Positions 19,626-29,160 of a stretch of DNA of 64,000 bases are shown piece by piece. The notes beneath the pieces were generated by a model, which saw nothing but the letters and a program-made list of their open reading frames with translations, was not told the DNA's origin and ran no database searches. Numbering within the stretch: the stretch's first letter is position 1; the number at the start of each line of letters is the position of its first letter. The stretch comes from Solirubrobacteraceae bacterium. GTDB taxonomy: Bacteria > Actinomycetota > Thermoleophilia > Solirubrobacterales > Solirubrobacteraceae. A program made the translations under genes and the position numbers. The DNA lies in contig DASXZB010000013.1 in NCBI GenBank assembly GCA_036502145.1, positions 46,869 through 110,868 of the forward strand. The letters are read 5' to 3'.

Positions 19626-19649
19626 GTGGCAATCAACACTTCGTACTGA
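19626..19649 (+). other. 7-aa upstream ORF MAINTSY, in frame with and duplicating the GntR N-terminus
   Basis: GAGGGAG SD, then GTG GCA ATC AAC ACT TCG TAC TGA, immediately followed by GTG GCC ATC AAC ACG TCC TGG. Confidence 0.55.
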
Positions 19650-20426
19650 GTGGCCATCAACACGTCCTGGGGCCTTGACCCCGTCAAGCGTCGTTCTACC
19701 ACCGACCAGGTGCTGCAGGAGATTCGCTCCGCGATTCTCGCCGGCCGCATGAAGCCCGACGACCAGCTGCCCGAAGCGGCGCTGGCTCAGACGTTCGGGA
19801 CCGGCCGCAGCGCGATCCGCGAAGCTCTGCGCCAGCTCGTTCAGGAGGGGCTGGTGGTCTCAGAGCTCAACCGCGGCGCGCACGTGCGCTCGATCTCCCG
19901 GGAGGACGTGCTCGACGTCTACCTGGCCCGGCAGGCGATCGAGGTGGCGGCGGTTCAGCGGGCGATCGAGCGCCGGGAGTGGCTCGACCTCGCCGAGCTG
20001 CGGTCCGCCCAGGAGCGGATCCTCGCCGCCTCGCCGCCGAATGTCGCCCAGCCGCCGTCGCCCGAGTTGATCGCCGCCGACCTCGACTTCCACCGCGCCA
20101 TGGTCGCCCTGGCCAGCAGCCCCCGGCTCAGCCGGGCCCACGAGCCGCTGGCCGCGGAGTCGCAGATGCTGCTCAACTGGCACCCGGTGTATCTGGGGGC
20201 CGATTACGCCGGCGATCACCAGGTGCTGCTGACCGCGATCGAGGTCCGCGATCCCAACGCGGCCGATGTGGCGCGTGACCACCTGACGATGAGCTCTGAC
20301 CTGATCTTGCAGGAGACCAAGCGGTATGTCGATCGGCTGGCCACGGCCGATCGTCTTGTCGACAGCGCGGGACCGCCCGGGGGCGAGCCTGAGAAAGAAA
20401 CCACGAGGGGAGCAGCGGGTGACTGA
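19650..20426 (+). CDS. GntR/FadR-family (FCD) transcriptional regulator
   Basis: wHTH LPEAALAQTFGTGRSAIREALRQL; FCD motif DLDFHRAMV. Confidence 0.92.
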   Translation: MAINTSWGLDPVKRRSTTDQVLQEIRSAILAGRMKPDDQLPEAALAQTFGTGRSAIREALRQLVQEGLVVSELNRGAHVRSISREDVLDVYLARQAIEVAAVQRAIERREWLDLAELRSAQERILAASPPNVAQPPSPELIAADLDFHRAMVALASSPRLSRAHEPLAAESQMLLNWHPVYLGADYAGDHQVLLTAIEVRDPNAADVARDHLTMSSDLILQETKRYVDRLATADRLVDSAGPPGGEPEKETTRGAAGD

Positions 20427-22032
20427 CAAAACAGAGCTGGAAGGCGATGGCCTCACCAGGCGCCAGGTCCTGCGGACCGCCGTCGCCGGCGGCGCCGCAC
20501 TGAGCGCAGGCGGACTGCTGGCGGCGTGTGGCGGCAGCTCGAGCGCCTCGAGCAGCGCGGGCTCCAGCCCCGTCAGCACGGCCAAGATCAAGCCCGGCGG
20601 GAGCCTGCGCGTCGGGGCCACCGGCGGCGGCGCCAAGGACACGATCGACGCTCAGCTCCCCACCGCCGACACCGACATCATGCGGTGCTGGAACCTGTAC
20701 GAGCCGCTGGCGGTTCGCCCGCCGAGCTTCGGCCCGCTGGAGATGATGGTGGCGGAGTCGATCGTGCCCGAGCACAACAAGGCCGACTCCTGGGTGGTGA
20801 AGATCCGTCCCGGGATCGAGTTCCACAACGGCAAGACGGTCACCGCCGAGGATGTGATCTTCTCGCTGCAGCGGATCCTCGACCCGAAGAACCCCAAGGT
20901 CGGCGCGGCGTCGATCGGCTACATCGACACCAAGGGGATCAAGAAGCTCTCGAGCTCCAGCCTCCGGATCCCGCTCAAGTTCGCCAACGCCACCTTCCTG
21001 GACGACATCGGCCAGTACTTCAACGCGATCGTCCCGGTCGGCTACAACCCGGCCAAGCCGATCGGCACGGGGGCGTTCATGTACGAGAGCTTCACCCCCG
21101 GCCAGCAGAGCGTGTTCAAGAAGTTCCCTAACTACTGGCAGAGCGGCAAGCCGTACGTCGACTCGCTGACGATCATCGACTTCACCGATGACACCGCGCG
21201 CGTCAACGCCCTGCTGGGCGGTCAGGTCGACGCGATCGACAACCTGCCCACGGGCCAGATCGCCCAGGTCCAGGGCAACTCGTCGCTGAAGGTGCTGATC
21301 TCGCACACCGGCCAGTGGCAGCCGTTCACGATGCGCGTCGACCAGGCCCCGTTCAACGACGTGCGCGTGCGCCAAGCGATGCGGCTGATCGTCGACCGCC
21401 CCCAGATGGTGGAGCAGGTCCTCAGCGGCCAGGGACGGGTCGCCAACGATCTCTACTCGCCGTTCGACCCGGGCTACAACTCGTCGCTGCCCCAGCGCCA
21501 CCAGGACCTCGCCCAGGCCAAGTCGCTGCTCAAGGCCGCCGGCCACTCGGGCCTGAGCGTGCAGCTGGTGACCGCGCCGGTGTTCCAGGGCGTGGTGCAG
21601 GCGGCCGAGGTGTTCGCCCAGCAGGCCTCCGGGGCCGGGGTCAACGTGCAGCTGCGCAAGCTTGACACCGGCACGTTCTACGGTCCCCAGTACCTGAAGT
21701 GGACCTTCGCCCAGGACTTCTGGGCGACCCGGGAGTACCTGCCCCAGGTGGCCCAGGGCAGCCTGCCGAGCTCGCCGTTCAACGAGACCCACTGGGCCGA
21801 TCCCAAGTTCATCGAGCTGATCGGCAAGGCCCGGGGGACTCTGAACGAGGCAAGCCGCAACGCGATCCTCAAGCAGGCTCAGGAGATCGAGTACAACACC
21901 GGCGGCTACATCATCCCCTACTTCTCCAACCAGATCGATGCCTACTCGTCGAAGGTGACCGGGTTCGTGGAGGCCAAGTCCGGCTTCCCCCTGGGCAACT
22001 ACTGGTTCAAGAACGTCGGGTTCACGGCGTAG
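20419..22032 (+). CDS. ABC transporter substrate-binding lipoprotein, family 5 (Tat signal)
   Basis: TRRQVL twin-Arg motif, LLAAC lipobox, FHNGKTVTAEDVIFS, IGTGAF, VRQAM. Start at GTG 20419. Confidence 0.92.
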   Translation: MTDKTELEGDGLTRRQVLRTAVAGGAALSAGGLLAACGGSSSASSSAGSSPVSTAKIKPGGSLRVGATGGGAKDTIDAQLPTADTDIMRCWNLYEPLAVRPPSFGPLEMMVAESIVPEHNKADSWVVKIRPGIEFHNGKTVTAEDVIFSLQRILDPKNPKVGAASIGYIDTKGIKKLSSSSLRIPLKFANATFLDDIGQYFNAIVPVGYNPAKPIGTGAFMYESFTPGQQSVFKKFPNYWQSGKPYVDSLTIIDFTDDTARVNALLGGQVDAIDNLPTGQIAQVQGNSSLKVLISHTGQWQPFTMRVDQAPFNDVRVRQAMRLIVDRPQMVEQVLSGQGRVANDLYSPFDPGYNSSLPQRHQDLAQAKSLLKAAGHSGLSVQLVTAPVFQGVVQAAEVFAQQASGAGVNVQLRKLDTGTFYGPQYLKWTFAQDFWATREYLPQVAQGSLPSSPFNETHWADPKFIELIGKARGTLNEASRNAILKQAQEIEYNTGGYIIPYFSNQIDAYSSKVTGFVEAKSGFPLGNYWFKNVGFTA

Positions 22033-22053
22033 ACGCGCGGGCGGGCGACGATC

Positions 22054-23007
22054 ATGTCCAAGTTCATCCTCCGGCGGATCCTGTTCGGGCTGCTGACGCT
22101 GCTGCTGGTCTCGATCGTGGTGTTCGCGGCGACGCAGGCGCTGCCCGGCAACGCCGCCCGGGCGATCCTGGGCCGCAACGCCACGCCGGCGCGCCTGGCC
22201 GCGCTGACCCAGCAGCTGCACCTCAACCAGTCGGTGGTCTCGCAGTACTTTCACTGGCTGGGCGGGGTGCTGAGCGGCAACCTGGGGACTTCGGCGGCGA
22301 CCGAGCAGCCGGTCAGCCAGCTCCTGAGTGGCCGGATCCTCAACTCGGCGTTCCTGGTCTTCGTGGCCGCGATCGTGGCGATTCCGCTGTCGATCTTCCT
22401 CGGCGTGATCATGGCGGTGCGGCGCGACAAGCCCACCGACCACGTGCTGTCGACCAGCACCCTGGCGCTGGCGGCGCTGCCCGAGTTCGTGATCGGGATC
22501 GGGCTGGCGCTGATCTTCGCCACCAACCTCTCGCACATATTCCCGGCGGTGTCGATCGTGCCGCCGGGAGAGCACGCCTGGAACACGCCCAACGTGGTCG
22601 TGCTGCCCGCCGCGACCCTGGTCCTGGCGGTGACCCCGTATATCAGCCGGATCATGCGCGGATCGATGGTCGAGGTGCTCGAATCGGAGTATGTGACGAT
22701 GGCCAGGCTCAAGGGCCTGTCCAATCGAACCGTGATCTGGCGCCACGCGGTCCCCAACGCGATCGTGCCGGCGATCCAGGTCTCGGCGCTGCAGCTGGCC
22801 TACATGGCCGGCGGCGTGGTGGTGGTGGAGGCCGTCTACTCCTACCCCGGGATCGGCAACGCGCTGGTCGACGCGGTCGGCAACCGCGACGTCCCGGTGG
22901 TGCAGGCGCTGACGATCATCATCGCCGCCGTCTACGTGGTGGTGAACCTAATCGCCGATCTGGCCACGATCGTGGTCACACCGCGACTGAGGACGGCCGG
23001 GCGATGA
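22054..23007 (+). CDS. ABC transporter permease (DppB/OppB-like)
   Basis: Multiple TM helices; EAA-like motif SEYVTMARLKGL; RDVPVVQ. Confidence 0.92.
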   Translation: MSKFILRRILFGLLTLLLVSIVVFAATQALPGNAARAILGRNATPARLAALTQQLHLNQSVVSQYFHWLGGVLSGNLGTSAATEQPVSQLLSGRILNSAFLVFVAAIVAIPLSIFLGVIMAVRRDKPTDHVLSTSTLALAALPEFVIGIGLALIFATNLSHIFPAVSIVPPGEHAWNTPNVVVLPAATLVLAVTPYISRIMRGSMVEVLESEYVTMARLKGLSNRTVIWRHAVPNAIVPAIQVSALQLAYMAGGVVVVEAVYSYPGIGNALVDAVGNRDVPVVQALTIIIAAVYVVVNLIADLATIVVTPRLRTAGR

Positions 23008-23900
23008 GCACCCCGGCGATGACAGTCGACCAGGTCGCCGGCCCCACGCAGGCGATGCGCAGCCGCCAGTGGACGCAGCTGCTGCGGTCCACCTTGGGGA
23101 TGTGGCGGGCCCGAATCGGTTTGGTGATCGTGGCGATCCTGGTGGTGATCGCGCTGGCCGGGCCGCTGTTCGCGCCTCACTCCCCCACCCAGTTCGTGGC
23201 CGCGCCCAACAGCCCGCCCTCCAGCCAGGCGCTGTTCGGCGCCGACAGTCTGGGGCGCGATGTGTGGAGCCGCTTCCTCTACGGCGGGCGCAGCGTGCTC
23301 GGCCTGTCGGTGGCGGCGACGATCATCGGCGTCGGACTCGGCCTGCTGATCGGACTGACCGCGGCCTACGCCGGCGGGTTGGTCGATGAGATCCTGATGC
23401 GGATCGCCGACGTGTTCATGGCCTTCCCGCAGATCGTGCTGGCGCTGCTGCTGGTGTCGGCGTTTGGACCCAAGCTGTGGCTGATCGTGCTGACGGTGGG
23501 GATCTCTCACGCTCCGCGGGTCGCGCGGGTGATGCGGGGGGCTGCGCAGCAGGTGGTCGAGCGCGACTTCGTCAAGGCCGCCGAGGCCGTCGGCGAGCCG
23601 CGGCGGCGGATCATCTTCGGCGAGCTGCTGCCCAACGTCACCAGCCCGCTGCTGGTCGAGTGCGGACTGCGGCTGACCTACTCGATCGGCCTGATCGCCG
23701 CCATCTCGTTCCTCGGCTTCGGGCTGCAGCCGCCCAATTCCGACTGGGGCCTGATGATCAACGAGAACCGCCTCGCGGTGACTGTTCAGCCGTGGGGAGT
23801 GCTGCTGCCGGTGCTGGCGATCGCGCTGCTGACGATTGGCACCAACCTGGTAACCGACGGGATCGCCCGGGCCGCGATCGGGATCGACCGAGGGGATTAG
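23004..23900 (+). CDS. ABC transporter permease (DppC/OppC-like)
   Basis: FGADSLGRDVWSR, DFVKAAEAVGE, SFLGFGLQPP..DWG. ATGA overlap start at 23004. Confidence 0.92.
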   Translation: MSTPAMTVDQVAGPTQAMRSRQWTQLLRSTLGMWRARIGLVIVAILVVIALAGPLFAPHSPTQFVAAPNSPPSSQALFGADSLGRDVWSRFLYGGRSVLGLSVAATIIGVGLGLLIGLTAAYAGGLVDEILMRIADVFMAFPQIVLALLLVSAFGPKLWLIVLTVGISHAPRVARVMRGAAQQVVERDFVKAAEAVGEPRRRIIFGELLPNVTSPLLVECGLRLTYSIGLIAAISFLGFGLQPPNSDWGLMINENRLAVTVQPWGVLLPVLAIALLTIGTNLVTDGIARAAIGIDRGD

Positions 23901-23907
23901 CGTCCAG

Positions 23908-25716
23908 ATGAGCACTACTGCCGAACCCAAGCCCACCTCCCCCACCAACGCGGTCGCGGTCCGCGACCTGCGGATCGAGCTGATCTCCAGCGGCGTCGAT
24001 GTGGTCGACGCGATCATGATCGAGGTCCGCGCCGGCGAGGTGCTCGGCCTGGTCGGCGAGTCGGGGTCGGGCAAGACCACGGTGGGGATGGCGCTGATGG
24101 GCTACTGCCGGCCCGGCGGCCACGTCACCGGCGGGAACGTGCTGATCGACGGCCGCGAACTCGAGGGGCTGGCCGCCGGGGAGCTGCGCCGGCTGCGCGG
24201 CGGCACCGTCTCCTACATCCCGCAGGACCCAGGGACGGCGCTGAACCCGGCGTTGCGCATCGAGCGCCAGCTGTCGGAGATCCTGGATGCCCACGCCGGC
24301 GATACCACTGCCGAGCAGCGGCGGGCCCGGATGCGCGAAACGCTCGAGGAGGTGGCGCTGCCGTCCGACGACGAGTTCATGCGGCGCTACCCCCACCAGC
24401 TCTCCGGCGGCCAGCAGCAGCGGGTGGCGATTGCGATGGCGTTCGCCTGCCGGCCGCACGTGATCGTGTGCGACGAGCCCACCACCGGACTCGACGTGAC
24501 CACCCAGGCCCGCGTGCTGCAGACGGTTCGGGAGCTGTGTCAAAGCCACCAGGTGGCGGCGCTGTATGTCAGCCACGACCTCGCCGTGGTGGCCGAGCTG
24601 GCCGACCACGTGGCGGTCATGTACTCCGGGAGAATCGTGGAGCGCGGGCCGCGCGATGCGATCTTCTCGCGCCCCCGCCACCCCTACACGCGCCGGCTGC
24701 TGCGGGCGGTCCCCGACCTGGAGGGAAAGCGCGCCGTGGTCGGGATCCCGGGCCGGGCACCGCTGCCCGGGCAGCGGCCACAGGGATGCTTCTTCGAGCC
24801 GCGCTGCGACCTGGCGATCGACAGCTGCCGCGAGCGCTTCCCGGAGGCCACCGAGTACGGCGAGGGTCACCTGGTGCACTGCTACCGCGCCGATGACGCC
24901 CCTGACCAGCTGCCCACCACCGGCGGTGACTCAGCGGCCACCGAGCCCGGCGAGGTGGTGGTCTCGGTCCAGCGGGTGAACGCCAGCCACGGCTCGCACC
25001 ACACCCTGTTCGACATCGACCTGGAGGTACGGCGCAACGAGTGCGTCGCCCTGGTCGGCGAGTCCGGCAGCGGCAAGACGACCCTGGCCCGCTGCATCTC
25101 CGGACTTCACCACCAGTACACCGGGGAGATCGAGCTCGCCGGCACCCACCTGCCGGAGAGCTCGCGCAAGCGAAGCAACGAGGCCCGCAAGCAGATCCAG
25201 TACGTGTTTCAGAACCCATACGCCTCGCTGAACCCGCGCCGGACCGTGGGTCAGACCATCGCCCGGCAGCTGAACCTGTTCTTCGGCGGCGGACGCGACT
25301 CCGGGCAACGGGTTGGGGAGTGCCTGGAGCGGGTGGCGCTGTCGGCGGCGGCCGCCAACCGCTTCCCCGACCAGCTTTCCGGCGGCGAGCGCCAGCGCGT
25401 CGCGATCGCCCGCGCCCTGGCCGCCGAGCCGTCGCTGCTGGTCTGCGACGAGATCACCTCGGCGCTCGACGTCTCGGTCCAAGCGGCGATTGTCGACCTG
25501 CTGCGCCAGCTGCGCGGCGAGACCGGCCTCAGCATGCTGTTCATCACCCACAACCTGGCGCTGATCCGGACCATCGCTGACCGCGTGGTGGTGATGACCG
25601 AGGGCCGGATCGTCGAGTCCGGGGCCACCGCCAACGTATTCCAGTCCCCAAAGGCCGAGTACACCGGCCACCTGCTGGCCAACACGCCAACCGTCGAGGC
25701 GGCGCTGGGGCGGTGA
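23908..25716 (+). CDS. Fused double ABC ATPase (DppD/F-like)
   Basis: Two GESGSGKT Walker A motifs, two LSGG signatures, HPYT motif. Confidence 0.95.
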   Translation: MSTTAEPKPTSPTNAVAVRDLRIELISSGVDVVDAIMIEVRAGEVLGLVGESGSGKTTVGMALMGYCRPGGHVTGGNVLIDGRELEGLAAGELRRLRGGTVSYIPQDPGTALNPALRIERQLSEILDAHAGDTTAEQRRARMRETLEEVALPSDDEFMRRYPHQLSGGQQQRVAIAMAFACRPHVIVCDEPTTGLDVTTQARVLQTVRELCQSHQVAALYVSHDLAVVAELADHVAVMYSGRIVERGPRDAIFSRPRHPYTRRLLRAVPDLEGKRAVVGIPGRAPLPGQRPQGCFFEPRCDLAIDSCRERFPEATEYGEGHLVHCYRADDAPDQLPTTGGDSAATEPGEVVVSVQRVNASHGSHHTLFDIDLEVRRNECVALVGESGSGKTTLARCISGLHHQYTGEIELAGTHLPESSRKRSNEARKQIQYVFQNPYASLNPRRTVGQTIARQLNLFFGGGRDSGQRVGECLERVALSAAAANRFPDQLSGGERQRVAIARALAAEPSLLVCDEITSALDVSVQAAIVDLLRQLRGETGLSMLFITHNLALIRTIADRVVVMTEGRIVESGATANVFQSPKAEYTGHLLANTPTVEAALGR

Positions 25717-26609
25717 ACACGGAGGCGTTCATCACCTGCGCCATCACCGGCGCCGGCGACACCGTCTCCCGCAGCCCCCACGTCCCGGTGACCCCCGAGC
25801 AGATCGCCGATTCGGCGATCGCGGCGGCGCGGGCCGGGGCGGCGGTCGTCCACATCCACGTCCGCGATCCCGAGACCGGGGCCGGCTCGCGCGACGTGAC
25901 GCTGTATCGCCGCGCGGTGCAGGCGATCCGGGCCGCCGACGTGGACGTGGTGTTGAACCTGACCGCGGGCATGGGCGGCGATCTGGTGCTGGGTCGCCCC
26001 GACCGCCCCCTGCCGCTTGACCAGACCGCGACCGACCTGGCCGGCGCCGGCGAACGGCTGGCCCACGTGGCCGAGCTGGAACCGGAGATCTGCACCCTGG
26101 ACTGCGGGACGATGAACTTCGCCGCCGGCGGCGACTACGTGATGGCCAACACCCCGGACATGCTGCGGGCCATGGCCGCCGGGATCCGGGAGCTGGGGGT
26201 CAAGCCGGAGCTCGAGGTGTTCGACACCGGCCAGCTGGTGATGGTCAAGGACCTGATCGACGAGGGGTTGATCGAGGATCCGGTGCTGGTCCAGCTGTGC
26301 ATGGGCATCCGCTACGGGGCCCCCGACGATCCCCTCACGCTGATGGGGCTGGTCAACGCGCTCCCGGCCGGGGCGGTCTTCTCGGCCTTCTCGATCGGGC
26401 GTATGCAGCTGCCGTACGTGGCCATGGCCGTGCTCGCCGGCGGCAACGTCCGGGTCGGCCTCGAGGACAACCTCTACGCGGGACCCGGCGAGAAGGCGAC
26501 CAACGCCCAGCTGGTGGAGCGCGCGACGGCGATCCTGGAGGCGATGAACGTGCGCGTTCTGGGTCCTCGCGACGTCCGCGAACGCCTGCGCCTGAACGGA
26601 AGTGGCTGA
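25713..26609 (+). CDS. cdhC: Beta-keto acid cleavage enzyme (BKACE/DUF849), probably 3-dehydrocarnitine cleavage
   Basis: ITCAITGAG, HIHVRDP, CTLDCGTMNF, NVRVGLEDN; adjacent to carnitine dehydrogenase. Confidence 0.82.
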   Translation: MNTEAFITCAITGAGDTVSRSPHVPVTPEQIADSAIAAARAGAAVVHIHVRDPETGAGSRDVTLYRRAVQAIRAADVDVVLNLTAGMGGDLVLGRPDRPLPLDQTATDLAGAGERLAHVAELEPEICTLDCGTMNFAAGGDYVMANTPDMLRAMAAGIRELGVKPELEVFDTGQLVMVKDLIDEGLIEDPVLVQLCMGIRYGAPDDPLTLMGLVNALPAGAVFSAFSIGRMQLPYVAMAVLAGGNVRVGLEDNLYAGPGEKATNAQLVERATAILEAMNVRVLGPRDVRERLRLNGSG

Positions 26610-28113
26610 GGACGGGCAGCCGCCGGCGACGGCGACGCTGCTGGGGGCCGGCGTGATCGGCGGCGGCTGGGCGGCGCGGCTGCTGCTGGCCGGGGTCGAC
26701 GTGCGGCTGTTCGACCCCGCGTCCGGCGCGGTTGCCGCCGTCGACTCCGCGCTGGAGCGAGCCCGGCGGGCCTGGGCTCGGCTGACGGCGGCGCCGCTGC
26801 CGCCGGAGGGCTCGCTGGCGGTCTGTGACACGGTGGCCGAGGCGGTGGCCGGGGCCGAGCTGATCCAGGAGTCAGCCCCCGAGCGCGAATCGCTCAAGTG
26901 CCGGCTGCTGGGCGAGGCCAGCCGCGCCGCGTCGCCCGACGCGATCATCGCCTCCTCGACCTCGGGCCTGCGGCCGTCGCGGCTGTGCCTGGAGATGGAG
27001 CGCCCGGAGCGGTTCGTCGTCGCGCATCCCTTCAACCCGGTGTACCTGCTGCCGCTGGTCGAGGTGTGCGGCGGCGATCGCACCGCCCCGGCGGCTGTCG
27101 CCCGGGCCGCGGCGATCTACCGCTCGCTGGGGATGCAGCCGCTGGTGGTCCGCCGCGAGATCGATGGCTTCATCGCCGACCGCCTGCTCGAGGCGCTGTG
27201 GCGCGAGGCGCTGTGGCTGGTCGCCGACGACATCGCCACCGCCGAGGAGATCGACGACGCGATCCGCTACGGCCCCGGGCTGCGCTGGGCGGCGATGGGG
27301 ACCTTTTTGACCTACCGCCTGGCCGGCGGCGAGCACGGAATGCGCCACTTCATGGCCCAGTTCGGACCGGCGCTCGAGCTCCCGTGGTCGCGGCTGACCG
27401 ATGTCCCGCCGCTCGACGAGGCGCTGCTTCAGAAGCTGGTGGCCCAGTCAGACGCCCAGGCGGCGGGGCGCTCGATCGACGAGCTGACGCAGATCCGAGA
27501 CGATTGCCTGGTGGCCGTCCTGCGGGCCCTGCGCGACGAGGGGTTCGGGGCCGGCGAGGTCCTGGCGCGGACCGAGCGCGAGCTGCGCCAGCGCGCGGTG
27601 ACGGCCGACGGCAGCGCGCCCGTTCCGCTCGCCGACGGGCGGCTGGTGCTCCACGAGGCGGTGGTGATCCCCGAGTGGATCGACTACAACGGCCACCTCA
27701 CCGAGAGCCGCTACCTCGAGCTGCTGGCCGACGCCACCGACGCCCTGCTGTGCCGCATCGGCGTCGACGCCGACTACGTCGCGGAGGGCAGCTCGTACTA
27801 CACGGTCGAGACGCACATCCGCCACCTCGGCGAGGCCCGGGCCGGGGAGCGGCTGTACGTCGCCACCCGGCTGCTCGGTCACGACGGCAAGCGCCTGCAT
27901 CTCTGGCACGAGCTGAATCGCCGCGGCGACGATGCGCTGCTGGCCACCGGCGAGCACATGCTGCTGCACGTCGACCGGGCGGCGGGCCGCACGGCGCCGG
28001 CCGGGACGGCGGTCCTGGGCGCGCTGTCGGAGATCGCCTCGGCCCAGCGGGAGCTGGCGTGGCCCGACGCGGCGGGCTCGCGGATCGACGGCGGGCGCCG
28101 GCGCTCCGGGTGA
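26602..28113 (+). CDS. lcdH: L-carnitine 3-dehydrogenase fused to a C-terminal hotdog thioesterase
   Basis: GAGVIGGGW, SSTSG, HPFNPVYLLPLVE, YRLAGGEHGMRHFMAQFGPAL; C-terminal WIDYNGHLTESRY. Confidence 0.88.
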   Translation: MAEDGQPPATATLLGAGVIGGGWAARLLLAGVDVRLFDPASGAVAAVDSALERARRAWARLTAAPLPPEGSLAVCDTVAEAVAGAELIQESAPERESLKCRLLGEASRAASPDAIIASSTSGLRPSRLCLEMERPERFVVAHPFNPVYLLPLVEVCGGDRTAPAAVARAAAIYRSLGMQPLVVRREIDGFIADRLLEALWREALWLVADDIATAEEIDDAIRYGPGLRWAAMGTFLTYRLAGGEHGMRHFMAQFGPALELPWSRLTDVPPLDEALLQKLVAQSDAQAAGRSIDELTQIRDDCLVAVLRALRDEGFGAGEVLARTERELRQRAVTADGSAPVPLADGRLVLHEAVVIPEWIDYNGHLTESRYLELLADATDALLCRIGVDADYVAEGSSYYTVETHIRHLGEARAGERLYVATRLLGHDGKRLHLWHELNRRGDDALLATGEHMLLHVDRAAGRTAPAGTAVLGALSEIASAQRELAWPDAAGSRIDGGRRRSG

Positions 28114-28144
28114 GCCGCACCGCGCCGTGCGTGCGGCATGGGCC

Positions 28145-29044
28145 TCAGGTGAGCGCACCCAGCACGATGACCCCGGCGATCACGAACGCCACCCCCAGCC
28201 ACTGAGCACGGGTCGGACGCTCGGCGAACAGCGACACGCCCATCACGATCGGAACCACCGCGTACGGCGCCGAGGCCGCGGCGACCACCGCCGTCGAGGC
28301 GTGCCCCACGCCGAGGTTGAAGCACACGTAGCCGCCGGTGTCCAGCACCGCCAGCAGCCCCATCAGTCCCAGCATCGTCGCCCGCGCGCGGTCCGCTCCG
28401 TCGGTGGTCGGCTCCGGGCCCCCCGGCAGCGGGTCCGCCCCGCCCGCGACCAGCAGGTTGCCGGCCAAGAACAGCGCCGCGAAGCCGCGGGCGAGAAAGA
28501 TCGGCCCCAGCCAGCCGATCGAGCTGCGGTAGTAGGAGACGCCGAACACGAACCCGCCCAACAGCGCCATCGCGCACAGCGCCAGCAGAAAGCCGAGTAC
28601 CGAGCGCCGCTGCAGCTTCGCCCGCGCGATCTCGCGAACGTCCGCGGAAGCCAGCATCGCCCCGGCGATCGTGATCGCCACCGCCACCGCCTGCAGCGCC
28701 GACAGGTGGTCGCCGGCCAGGACCACGGCCAGCAGCACGGTGACCGCGGCGTAGCCGGAGACGATCGGGCTCAGGACCGAGATCGGTCCGATCGCCAGCG
28801 CCCCGTAGAACGCCAGGTAGGACACCCAGCCAACCGCTCCGATGGCCACGAACACCGCGACCTCGCCGGCGTCGACATGCGCGAGCGCGTCGGTGGCCAG
28901 CGCCAGGACCGTGAGCGGGATCAGCGCCGCGAGGTGAAAGCCCAGCACGACCCGCAACGCGCCGGCGCTGCGCGAGGCCACGGCCGCGAAGTAGTCGGCC
29001 AGCCCCCAGGACAGCGCGGCGCCCAGGCCGAGCGCGACCCCCAC
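28145..29044 (-). CDS. EamA/DMT family transporter
   Basis: About 10 hydrophobic helices in two repeats; LSWGLADY, GPISVLSPI, FAERP. Confidence 0.88.
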   Translation of the reverse strand: MGVALGLGAALSWGLADYFAAVASRSAGALRVVLGFHLAALIPLTVLALATDALAHVDAGEVAVFVAIGAVGWVSYLAFYGALAIGPISVLSPIVSGYAAVTVLLAVVLAGDHLSALQAVAVAITIAGAMLASADVREIARAKLQRRSVLGFLLALCAMALLGGFVFGVSYYRSSIGWLGPIFLARGFAALFLAGNLLVAGGADPLPGGPEPTTDGADRARATMLGLMGLLAVLDTGGYVCFNLGVGHASTAVVAAASAPYAVVPIVMGVSLFAERPTRAQWLGVAFVIAGVIVLGALT

Positions 29045-29133
29045 TAAGTGATCCCCGCCGTGATGATCGGATCAGGTTAAGGGGCTTCGGCCCGGCTTCG
29101 GCTCGGGCGGTGCGATATAAATTCGCGCACCTT

Positions 29134-29149
29134 TGAACAAATTCATCAA
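29134..29149. promoter_or_regulatory. Partial copy of the TGWAC-N6-GTWYA candidate operator
   Basis: TGAACAAATTCATCAA just downstream of TATAAA (29116-21); only the left 9-10 bp match. Confidence 0.4.
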
Positions 29150-29160
29150 AAACCTGAGGG

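Noticed and set aside
17188-22746. Long ORFs 17188..19245 (+) and 20173..22746 (-)
   Set aside because: They overlap betC and the ABC genes on the opposite strand and contain no recognisable motifs.
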